Shown here: positions 29,801 through 37,274 of the stretch, one piece after another
Layout: each line of letters begins with the position of its first letter
Position numbering within the stretch: the stretch's first letter is position 1
Source: Candidatus Hydrogenedentota bacterium
GTDB taxonomy: Bacteria > Hydrogenedentota > Hydrogenedentia > Hydrogenedentales > SLHB01
Assembly: GCA_045863295.1 (NCBI GenBank)
Contig: BTWA01000014.1
Span: forward strand, 32,001 to 96,000
DNA length: 64,000 bases
Reading direction: 5' to 3'
Translations under genes and position numbers: made by a program
The notes under the pieces: generated by a model
Told to the model about the DNA's origin: nothing
The model's database searches: none
What the model saw: only the letters and a program-made list of their open reading frames with translations

Positions 29801-32800
29801 TTTGATGACGAAGCGATTGAGGCTGCATTTGATTCACATCCAGATCCGCAGTTGCGGGATTCATTCAAATTGGGTGGTACGTATCAATTCCGAGCGGAAT
29901 TCCTGGGTAACCAAAATCTACTGCGTGCTTCCTCACCGCCATTCATGCGTCCTGAAACGCCAAAACTCGTCGTCAAAGACGGAGCCGGCTATGCGATCTT
30001 GATCCATGGCAGGCTAGACGGGGTAGGCGAAGGTATGAAAGAACACGCGAAAACGCTGGATTTTGTATATCGGACCCTTCGCAATCGCGGGTTTTCCGAC
30101 ATGGACCCGAACAACAATCCCAGCGAAGCCGACAACCACATCTTCTATTTGCGTGATACGAGCGAGAAATCCACACCGCTACCCGGCGACATATTCGTCG
30201 ATGTGGAGACGCCGGAAAAAGAGGCGGTGCGGAACGCTATTGTCCAATGGGCGCGCGACAAAATCGACTTGGCTCCAGCACCGTTATACATAATATTCGT
30301 GGATCATGGAGGAAAAGAAGGTAAATTCTTCACCTACCGGGACAGCTACGATACGAGTTGGTTTATCACACCAGATGAATTGAATTCATGGCTCACTACC
30401 GCGCAGACACCGAAAACGCCTATGAAAAACACTACGGAAGTCCCACCCGTCTTTGTGGTCATGGGGGCCTGCTACTCTGGCGAGTTCGCGGGCTCAATTG
30501 CCGGTCCCAACCGGACCATCATTACCAGTTGTCGCGACATCGAAATTTCGCACCGCGGCGTGAAGGACCCCGACGACGAGATTCGTGACGGCGAAATGTT
30601 TGTAACCGAGTTGTTTCGCGGTTTGGGCGAGGGCAGGACACTCCATAGCTCCTTTGTCACGGCCTCTCAATCAGTACAAGACCTGATTGCTACACGCCAT
30701 ACAAACAGTGGAAATGGGGAAGGCGGTGCGGCTACGCAGATTCCACTGCTGAACGACAACGGCGATTCGATTGCGACACCCGCCGAGTTCCTCTCTCTGG
30801 TGCCAGGAGAGGACGGCGGCAAAGCACATGAAACGTTGCTCGGTATAGGCAGTAACGCTGGGGCAGCTGGAGTTTCGCTGGTGCGCGTGAGCCCGCCCAT
30901 AACCCTGTCTGGGAACCCGCTGGCAGACCCGTCGCCGCAAGTATTCGCCATAGTAGATGAAGTGATGGCGCCAGGTGATCAGGCATGGGTTGAAGTAAAG
31001 ACGCCGGACTACGAAAAGGGTGAAGTGTCGGGCCAAGGGGACTCCGACAACGAGAATATCGACTATACCGAGTTCCAGCAGCACGTGGACCTCGGTCAGG
31101 CGATTCCGCGTCAGGCGGTTGTTCCAGTCGATCCCAACGGCGATCCCAATGATTTGCGCCGCTTGGAATGGAACGATTTTGGCACGCTGTTTCAAGAACC
31201 CGGCACATACAGTGTGTATTACTACGTCAAAGATGCGGGCACCGGTCAGATTGGGGCGTACCTGCTCACCACCGTCCGGCGATTGCTCCCCGATGATTCG
31301 GAAAACTCGCCCCCGCTGCCGGTGGAACTCGTAACACCTGCCGACAATATCTTGCTCTCGACGCCGATATTCTTCGCATGGAATCCGTCGACTGATCCCG
31401 ACCAACATGCAATCACCTACCGGATCGAGATCTCGCCAGACGGCTCATTTGCTCCCGAAACGACTATTTACGCATACGAATTGCAGACTCCGTTCGTGAC
31501 CCTCGATCTCGACGATGGGCTTTCGGACGGTGAAACCTACACGTGGCGCGTCGTCGCAATCGACCAGTTTGGCGCCGAGTCGGACAATAACCCCTTGGGT
31601 CATTTCACCATCGACAACAACAATCCGTCCGTTCCCGGCCGGATTATCGGATACGTGCTGGATACCGCGGGCGGTCCGATTGCCGGTGCCAACGTCGTGA
31701 TCACCGGTACAGGCGTCAACGCCACCTTGACAACAAACGTGTCTGGCATGTTTGTTACCCCCGATTTGGATCCCAACCGTTCCTACAATCTGCAGCCATC
31801 CAAAAATGGATTCCAACCCGGTCTCACCACGCTGGTGACGGTCTTCCCAGGACAAACAGCGACGATTCCGCCGTTCGTGCTTGTACCGTCCACCGGCACC
31901 GCAAGCATAAACGTGGAACCAAACAATGCAAGTATCCTGGATGCCCAGTGGACGCTTACGCCAACGGGCGGCACGCCGGGTTCGCCACAGAATCGCAAGG
32001 GCGACACGCAAATCACGGGTCTGACGCCAGGCCAGTACGAAGTCACCTTTGGGAACGTCACAGGGTGGACACCACCGTCGAGTGTGACGAAGACGATTGG
32101 CGCGAATGAAGTGGTTGAATTCACAGGCACATATACCCAAGCGCCCCCGGCGCCAGGGACCATTCGCGTTCGGGTAAATGGGATATCCGCCAACTGGGTG
32201 CTGACCGGCACGCTGAAGAACGGCGGTCAGTTTCCACAACAGGTTCACAACGGCAGCAAAGACTTGCCCAATATGCCCCTGGGTACCTATTTCGTCACAT
32301 GGGGCACCGTTGACGGTTGGCGCAGTCCATTGAACCAGCCGGAAGGGCCCAAAGAATTGACGGAAGGAGCCTCAATCGTATTTGAGGGAACGTACCAGTC
32401 TTTGACGGCTCCGCCCACTCCCGGTGGCGGTCAGAACAGCGGATGCGGTAGCAGCGCCAAGCGGTTGGCGCTGGCGTGGCGGGAACCGGCATTCCCGGTT
32501 GGCCCCGCGGCCGTCCACGACGCGCTCGCCGTTCGCATTATGAGCAATGAAGCAATCGTTCCTGAACGCGCCGAGGCAAGAACAGGTGGTGTAGACTTAG
32601 CCGTGGGCGCCATCGCGTGGGTGCCGATGGCGGCAGACGGATCAGACGGATATGCAGTTGTGAACGCACCGGAAGACGGCTGGCCATTCGGATTAAACGT
32701 TGAGATCACAATCCATTATCGGAGTGAAGTAGGAGCAGACTTTGAACCGGTGAACCATGTCTTCACGATTGCGCGCGAAACAACTGCACCCGTGGCTCTT

Positions 32801-33244
32801 GAATTGGTTCAAGAAGAATTGCCGTCACCAGGGATTTGGCAGACTTCTCCGGCATACAGACTCGCACCCGACACGGTATTCGCCAGCCCCATCGCGGTCG
32901 AACTACAGGTGGATGACGAAGTGTTTGAAGCGGGATACGAGATCCTCTATTGGGGTGGACCGGCAGGCTTCGAATCCTGGCACGCGGCCGGGAACGTTCC
33001 CGGCTGGATTGCCAGCCAAGAACAAACAACAACCCGCCCGAACGGGGAGTCGCGTATTCGATTTCAAGTCAATCATGCGGGCGTGATGTGCGTGGTGCCC
33101 AAGACCGCGTATCAAAGCAGTAGTTTCGTTTCAGCATGGCCCCAAACAGTTGGTCACCTGCTGACTGCCCTGGGTTTGACAGCAAGCCTGTTTGCCGTGG
33201 CTGCAATCTCGAAACGGCATCAACAGCGGCGCTCCGGAAAATAG
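26816..33244 (+). CDS. Giant secreted/surface protein: ELWxxDGT-like propeller, Ig-like domains, clan CD (C13-like) peptidase, FN3, carboxypeptidase-regulatory-like domains, shared C-terminal domain, TM anchor
   Basis: Signal peptide, GRELWF/GHELR/GNELF repeats, F.V.FSE Ig repeats, VDHGG...GACYSG dyad, WRVVAIDQFGA (FN3), and a C-terminal hydrophobic helix followed by KRHQQRRSGK. AGGAG RBS before the TTG start. Confidence 0.85.
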   Translation: MRNAINCTLREYRIGRSLVCATLLALIVLPKGFAVGLTDERAYEVRPVRLHPESNNNSLYYEMADFDQGLWFVGDEGSGTLRKSDGSYYGTVQLRDQNNNFVQGGPRYLTPGGNEKLFFNADRNSWGRELWFYDITDPDDPQFTALESWNDGSSDPRELTWVGDTLFYTARQHSGSEPARIVCRTSGANVVKTPNIWVDDYLQGTTATGFRGALFSQNTTNAVFFRGFETATGHELRYATVWGDFATYDLNPGTGDGWPTFITGFSNRPYFLGYHPTYGNELFTIFNVNIGPAIYADTIPGPSNSNPWQLTVGGGYLYYAAASTVSTGDLYRTNDGGTTKLTGVNSSSNDPNNNRDPQQLVYHGNKLWYEATHNTNGNRYLYRMADLSFIGFAGSAHPELKNPKYLTPLGSYLYCVATGENGRRIYRINTSNDAVTYVRLRDGDVDYNPYDLKVANGVLYFKGKRSTDPWPTLFAVHTDTTAPSIDYIDQQSPVNSNLTTVTYRVRFSELVADLTVNNFSLLSNDIQGAGISGIRLYSTGDPYNRETYAQTFLVDVQTGSNSGTLQLILDDTPQIRDKRNNFYTGTNTGPVYTLDKVLPAVESITPATDQQTQESQLTFGVQFSENVKDVDAGDFQLTFGGGLNGSIGSVTSASGNALDKNWTIVVNTGGSGTVLLAVSSTNNIKDAVNNALAGTGTSAIYTVDKDNPVITVEGPSVDVVSDQDSVNWLLTYEGATDVTLDADLHLQLVSINPSGGCTASSIVIEEVSDSQYRVTLSDFSGRGQLGFDIAAGSAVDGVGNPALPFSMPGAQFVRVDNRIETQLELLPPQPAQLPFGETVTLSGNLDVGALPITFIVVNRPPGSLAGPEGVSADANGDFLRSFAPDAAGTWTIRAEFQADLLGNQDYQPAVSNDITFTVVKTDPLLNISLSHTSVPVGFDGLHVTGSVQGNIKDVLKSAPFFVLQGLPVELTIRFPNGTTPLATLSTFTTATGSFEFDDEAIEAAFDSHPDPQLRDSFKLGGTYQFRAEFLGNQNLLRASSPPFMRPETPKLVVKDGAGYAILIHGRLDGVGEGMKEHAKTLDFVYRTLRNRGFSDMDPNNNPSEADNHIFYLRDTSEKSTPLPGDIFVDVETPEKEAVRNAIVQWARDKIDLAPAPLYIIFVDHGGKEGKFFTYRDSYDTSWFITPDELNSWLTTAQTPKTPMKNTTEVPPVFVVMGACYSGEFAGSIAGPNRTIITSCRDIEISHRGVKDPDDEIRDGEMFVTELFRGLGEGRTLHSSFVTASQSVQDLIATRHTNSGNGEGGAATQIPLLNDNGDSIATPAEFLSLVPGEDGGKAHETLLGIGSNAGAAGVSLVRVSPPITLSGNPLADPSPQVFAIVDEVMAPGDQAWVEVKTPDYEKGEVSGQGDSDNENIDYTEFQQHVDLGQAIPRQAVVPVDPNGDPNDLRRLEWNDFGTLFQEPGTYSVYYYVKDAGTGQIGAYLLTTVRRLLPDDSENSPPLPVELVTPADNILLSTPIFFAWNPSTDPDQHAITYRIEISPDGSFAPETTIYAYELQTPFVTLDLDDGLSDGETYTWRVVAIDQFGAESDNNPLGHFTIDNNNPSVPGRIIGYVLDTAGGPIAGANVVITGTGVNATLTTNVSGMFVTPDLDPNRSYNLQPSKNGFQPGLTTLVTVFPGQTATIPPFVLVPSTGTASINVEPNNASILDAQWTLTPTGGTPGSPQNRKGDTQITGLTPGQYEVTFGNVTGWTPPSSVTKTIGANEVVEFTGTYTQAPPAPGTIRVRVNGISANWVLTGTLKNGGQFPQQVHNGSKDLPNMPLGTYFVTWGTVDGWRSPLNQPEGPKELTEGASIVFEGTYQSLTAPPTPGGGQNSGCGSSAKRLALAWREPAFPVGPAAVHDALAVRIMSNEAIVPERAEARTGGVDLAVGAIAWVPMAADGSDGYAVVNAPEDGWPFGLNVEITIHYRSEVGADFEPVNHVFTIARETTAPVALELVQEELPSPGIWQTSPAYRLAPDTVFASPIAVELQVDDEVFEAGYEILYWGGPAGFESWHAAGNVPGWIASQEQTTTRPNGESRIRFQVNHAGVMCVVPKTAYQSSSFVSAWPQTVGHLLTALGLTASLFAVAAISKRHQQRRSGK

Positions 33245-33882
33245 TGTGCTTCAATCATCGCGCTGAACGTGTGATACAAGACGAGGTGCGCTTCCTGAAT
33301 AACCTTGGTGCAAGTGCCCGGCGCCTTGATGGCAATGTCCGCAAAGGCCGCCATCTTGCCGCCGTTGGGACCGGTTAGCGATACAGGCGTGGCCCCGATC
33401 GCTTTGGCCACGGACAGCGCCATCAGGCAATTGCTCGCATTGCCCGACGTGGAGATGCCGACAACCACGTCGCCCGCTTTACCCAATGCAAACAACTCTT
33501 GAGCAAACGCGATATCGCGCAAGGGAATGTCATTTTCAACCGCCGTCTTGAGCGACCCGTTGAAACCAAGGGCGATAGCCGGAAGCCCGGCTTCCAAATT
33601 CCCGGCCAGTTCGTTCCCAAAGGGCAAGCCGCGAAGTGCTTCCTTCACTCGCTCGGGCACAATCCGCTTGCGTTCAAAACTTTTGCACAGCTCGCCCGCT
33701 ATGTGCATGGCATCCGCGTTGCTCCCGCCGTTGCCACAAATAAAAAGCTGCCGGCCACCGTCATAGGCGGCAACGAGCGAATGATGGAGGGCCTCCAGCG
33801 AAGGCACACAGCCCGCCAAATCCGGCCGTCGCGCCAGCATTTCTTCAATGATTTCTTGCTCAATGGGAAGCAACGCAGCCAT
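33220..33882 (-). CDS. gmhA: Phosphoheptose isomerase (SIS domain, GmhA-like)
   Basis: CGNGGSNADAMHIAGEL, GISTSGNASN, LTGPNGG and IQEAH. Confidence 0.85.
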   Translation of the reverse strand: MAALLPIEQEIIEEMLARRPDLAGCVPSLEALHHSLVAAYDGGRQLFICGNGGSNADAMHIAGELCKSFERKRIVPERVKEALRGLPFGNELAGNLEAGLPAIALGFNGSLKTAVENDIPLRDIAFAQELFALGKAGDVVVGISTSGNASNCLMALSVAKAIGATPVSLTGPNGGKMAAFADIAIKAPGTCTKVIQEAHLVLYHTFSAMIEAHYFPERRC

Positions 33883-33900
33883 CCAATGGAATCTCCCTGA

Positions 33901-35013
33901 CTACGATTCCTGCAGAAGACGCACCAGCGTCAGCAGAAAATCGCGGTTGTCCGCACACACGTACCGCATGGACCCGCCCATGCGCGAAAAAGATTTGTTA
34001 TAGCGCAAATAATAGTCCGGATTGTCCTCCGGAGGTTCCCCTTGCCGCCAATCCCAGTGGGATGGCTGCAAATCGGCAATAACCATACAGTGATCGTCGA
34101 TATGCTTGCCTTGCTGAATAGCCAGGTTTTGCGCCATGGATAGAGACTTCTCGAATATCATCGGCGACATGACCGCCGACCCAATCGACATGTAGACACC
34201 GCCGTCCAGCCGCGTTACGCTCTGCGCATACGAAAGAAAATCCCGTTGAGCGGTCCGCCCAATCGCCGCTCCGTGATTCATCGGATGCAAATAGATGATG
34301 TCATGACCAAACATCGGATGACCGGTAAATGGCACGTTCAGACGGTAAGCCGCAGCCTGCAAGCCATACTGCTTAAAAGGGTGCGCCACCGAAAGGTGCC
34401 CAGGTTTCAGGTCCAAAGCGCGCATCTGCGCCAGCAAATCCGCCGCCGCCGCCGCCTTGTCCAAGTTGCCATCGACTTCCGTGGCAATGGCCTCCTTCAA
34501 TTCCGCTTCATCAGGAAGCAGCGCGCCCTCGTTTTCCACAAACGCCCCCACCGACTCGCCATACCCCAATCCTCGGTAAGCCCCCACCGCAATCGCGAGG
34601 TTGATATACAAGCCGGTCTCCTGCCAGGCCCCGAACTTGCCCTCACGAACATTTTCCGCAACGTGCTCGCTGCTTTGACCGCAGTATGCGAACTCCCAAT
34701 CATGAATGATGCCCGCGCCGTTCGTCGCAAGATGCGTGACCCATCCCTGTTCAATTAGATGCGTCAGCACCGGCGCCAGCCCATTCTTAATCGTGTGCGC
34801 GCCAAACGCCAGCATCACCGAACGCCCAAGTTTCCGCGCACGGCGGATTCGCTCCGACGTTTCGTGCAACACATTCAAGGTCAATTCGTTCATGGGGCGG
34901 GCCGCATCGCTCGCCTTGATGTGGTCTTCCTCGATAACGACCCGGTTCACGCGATCTCGAATTGGATAGAAGCGCAACCGGGCTCGGTCCAAGTGGTCAA
35001 AAGGCATTCGCAC
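33901..35013 (-). CDS. Uncharacterised deoxyhypusine-synthase-like fold protein
   Basis: LAFGAHTIKNGL...LIEQGWVTHLATNGAGIIHDWE and SIGSAVMSP..FEK resemble the DHS-like NAD-binding layout. Confidence 0.6.
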   Translation of the reverse strand: MRMPFDHLDRARLRFYPIRDRVNRVVIEEDHIKASDAARPMNELTLNVLHETSERIRRARKLGRSVMLAFGAHTIKNGLAPVLTHLIEQGWVTHLATNGAGIIHDWEFAYCGQSSEHVAENVREGKFGAWQETGLYINLAIAVGAYRGLGYGESVGAFVENEGALLPDEAELKEAIATEVDGNLDKAAAAADLLAQMRALDLKPGHLSVAHPFKQYGLQAAAYRLNVPFTGHPMFGHDIIYLHPMNHGAAIGRTAQRDFLSYAQSVTRLDGGVYMSIGSAVMSPMIFEKSLSMAQNLAIQQGKHIDDHCMVIADLQPSHWDWRQGEPPEDNPDYYLRYNKSFSRMGGSMRYVCADNRDFLLTLVRLLQES

Positions 35014-35156
35014 AATCCTTCCGTCCCTCGATCGGGCGCCAAACGTGGCGGCGGCGAGGCCATTTTCGGCACGAATCCCAAGAGTTCATGCACTCCATCG
35101 CAGTATACCAAAGTGGATAGAAGGGATTGAAGCTCCGTGTGCCTACCTCACGATGC

Positions 35157-35720
35157 TCAGTCGGGAATGCACGGCGAAATGCCGAATTCGGTAATGATCC
35201 AATCCACGCGCATATCATAGGTCTCGGAAGGCACTTCCTCCACCACCTGCGCGGCAAAGGCAAGCCCAATCTTAATGCCCCTGAACCTGGGAAGAAATCG
35301 ATCGAAATACCCGCCCCCATACCCCACGCGATTCCCGTGCCGGTCAAAAGCAATTCCAGGCACCAGCACCAGATCGCCATCGTCACCCGAAACCGCCTCC
35401 CCCGTGCGCGGCTCAAGAATACCCATCGGCCCCGGCGCGAGGTCCGCAATCGACGCAAGCTTTACCCACTGCAACATGCGCCCAGCCGCAACCCTCGGGA
35501 CAAATATTGACTTGCCCATCTCCAAACCGTCGCGAATAATCGGGAGGGTATCGACTTCGTTGTCTTTCGATGAAACATACGTCAACACGCTCGCCGATGA
35601 CTGGTACGTACCGTGAGAAAGCAGGTGACTTTGAATCGCATGATTCCACGCGCGAACCTGTTCCGCGCCTAAGCCCCGGCGGCGCTTGAGCAAGGCAAGT
35701 CGCAAACGGCTCTTGTCCAT
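35157..35720 (-). CDS. ygfA: 5-formyltetrahydrofolate cyclo-ligase
   Basis: K..LR..L...RR, NEVDT, GILEP, LVLVPGIAFD..GNRVGYGGGYFDRFL and D..VDWIITE. ATG at 35720 with a GGAG RBS. Confidence 0.93.
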   Translation of the reverse strand: MDKSRLRLALLKRRRGLGAEQVRAWNHAIQSHLLSHGTYQSSASVLTYVSSKDNEVDTLPIIRDGLEMGKSIFVPRVAAGRMLQWVKLASIADLAPGPMGILEPRTGEAVSGDDGDLVLVPGIAFDRHGNRVGYGGGYFDRFLPRFRGIKIGLAFAAQVVEEVPSETYDMRVDWIITEFGISPCIPD

Positions 35721-35877
35721 CGATGTCTCCCGCCTCATTCCGGTCACCAACGATAATCGGTCGGTTTCGCGCGTGCAACAGCCATCTAAGATCGGGTACA
35801 CTGCCACATAAGACGACATCGTGACACTGCTCGGGCACGCAGTCCGCCAAGAGTCTCAATGCAAGGAGGCCGATTCA

Positions 35878-36960
35878 GTGAATATGGATCCCCTGTGGCG
35901 CCTTTACTACCCCACATGGAAATCCAAACCTGCGCAACCCGTCGAAGGCTATAGCATTCTCATCTGGACCCCGGCGGATCTGCCCGTCTTCACGGATTTG
36001 GCCCTCGAAACCTGCGCCGCACAGGATCACGCGCACCTCACCGATGTGCTTGTGCTTCCGGATAGCCGCGACCAAACATTTTGCAGCCAATTTCAGAGAT
36101 ACAAAGACCGCCACCCAGACATGCCCATACGTCTCGTGCTGCCTACGCTGTTTCAACATTGTATCGCAAAGACCCTCAATAACGGCTCCCACAACACGTG
36201 GTTCCAACTGATGGCCGGATTCGAAGCCTGTCGAAGCAAATACGCCATGTTGCACGATGTCGACGCGTTCGTTTTCGACCCCTCGCTATTCAAAAAACAC
36301 TACGAAGCCTGCGCCAGCCAGAATCGGGCGTGCCTCGGGGTCAGCCCCGTGTGGGATAACTGGTACAGGGAGAATGGATACGGGCACGTCTGCGCTACGT
36401 GGGAGCTGATGTTCAATATGGATTGGGTGCGCCAATTCCCGCCACAGGACCATCACGGACACTTCGGCTCAGTGCACGGCAAACAACATCAGTTCGACAG
36501 CATGCTGAAACCGCAATGCCTGACCCCGCCGGAAAAGATCCAGCGCCATGATGTCGAAGAACAATTCGTCCACTTCAACTTCGTAACCGGCACCTACCGA
36601 AGGTTTCAGAACTCGAAAGGCCCGTTCGAAGATTCAGGCTTCCGCATCCTCTTTATCCGCATGCTGCACGAGGGATTCCCGGACGCGGCCGCCCCGGCCG
36701 GACTCCCCACCCTGGATGAGTTGGAAAAGGGCCTGACCGATGCCACACACCCCGTCACGTATCGTAGTCACGAGGCGGCCGAAACCTACGCCACGTTCCG
36801 ATCAAAATTACAGGACCTGATCGACAACGTCACCCTGTCCCAGCGCCTGCGCACCGCCTTCGCCCGAGGGACAAAGGCGTTTGATAAAGCATTTCATTGG
36901 ATGGGACAGGCCGTAGCCTGCTACTACTGTGTTTTGGAGCCTCTTGCGCCTCTGGTGTAG
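35878..36960 (+). CDS. Hypothetical protein, probable GT-A fold glycosyltransferase
   Basis: YSILI beta-strand start and a DxD motif in YAMLHDVDAF. GTG start 8 nt after AAGGAGG. Confidence 0.55.
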   Translation: MNMDPLWRLYYPTWKSKPAQPVEGYSILIWTPADLPVFTDLALETCAAQDHAHLTDVLVLPDSRDQTFCSQFQRYKDRHPDMPIRLVLPTLFQHCIAKTLNNGSHNTWFQLMAGFEACRSKYAMLHDVDAFVFDPSLFKKHYEACASQNRACLGVSPVWDNWYRENGYGHVCATWELMFNMDWVRQFPPQDHHGHFGSVHGKQHQFDSMLKPQCLTPPEKIQRHDVEEQFVHFNFVTGTYRRFQNSKGPFEDSGFRILFIRMLHEGFPDAAAPAGLPTLDELEKGLTDATHPVTYRSHEAAETYATFRSKLQDLIDNVTLSQRLRTAFARGTKAFDKAFHWMGQAVACYYCVLEPLAPLV

Positions 36961-37060
36961 GCCGAGTGCACTAGGGCATCGTGCTCGGAGCGTGGTCGCA
37001 GCGACAACACATTCACAGTTCTGCCACTTCCATCTAGTCCTGCCGCTTGGCACGAATTGA

Positions 37061-37076
37061 AGCAACTGTTGTGCCA
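37061..37076 (-). promoter_or_regulatory. sigma54 (-24/-12) promoter, leftward, with no adjacent same-strand gene
   Basis: The minus strand reads TGGCAC-AACAG-TTGCT, a perfect consensus match. Confidence 0.6.
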
Positions 37077-37211
37077 TGTTAGTTACCAGCCAACTACCTG
37101 TTAATTATTTGGTCAATCGCTCCCGGTTTGCATTATTTTCTTAACTGTAAATAGTTTTTAAGTTGTTTCCCTTAAACGTATTACACTACAAGCTATCTGT
37201 CCAATCCACAT

Positions 37212-37227
37212 TGGACCGTTTCTTGCT
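37212..37227 (+). promoter_or_regulatory. sigma54 (-24/-12) promoter for the 1575-aa surface protein
   Basis: TGGACC-GTTTC-TTGCT (GG-N10-GC), 47 bp before the ATG. An AT-rich upstream region carries an IHF-like site at 37091-37103. Confidence 0.6.
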
Positions 37228-37274
37228 CATCTTACTAGACCAATAAGGAACGAACTTAGCCGGGACGCATTCGC

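Noticed and set aside
33069..33090. VNHAG/VMHSG as an HFS-type autoproteolysis motif
   Set aside because: The position two residues after His is Gly in both proteins, so the Ser/Thr nucleophile is absent.
33190..33244. Convergent stop overlaps (33220-33244, and the shared CTAG at 57659-57662)
   Set aside because: These are common in compact genomes, and there is no further evidence of function.
35721..35877. 6S RNA expected upstream of the 5-formyl-THF cyclo-ligase gene
   Set aside because: The gap is only about 157 bp, must hold divergent starts, and shows no long rod-like self-complementarity.
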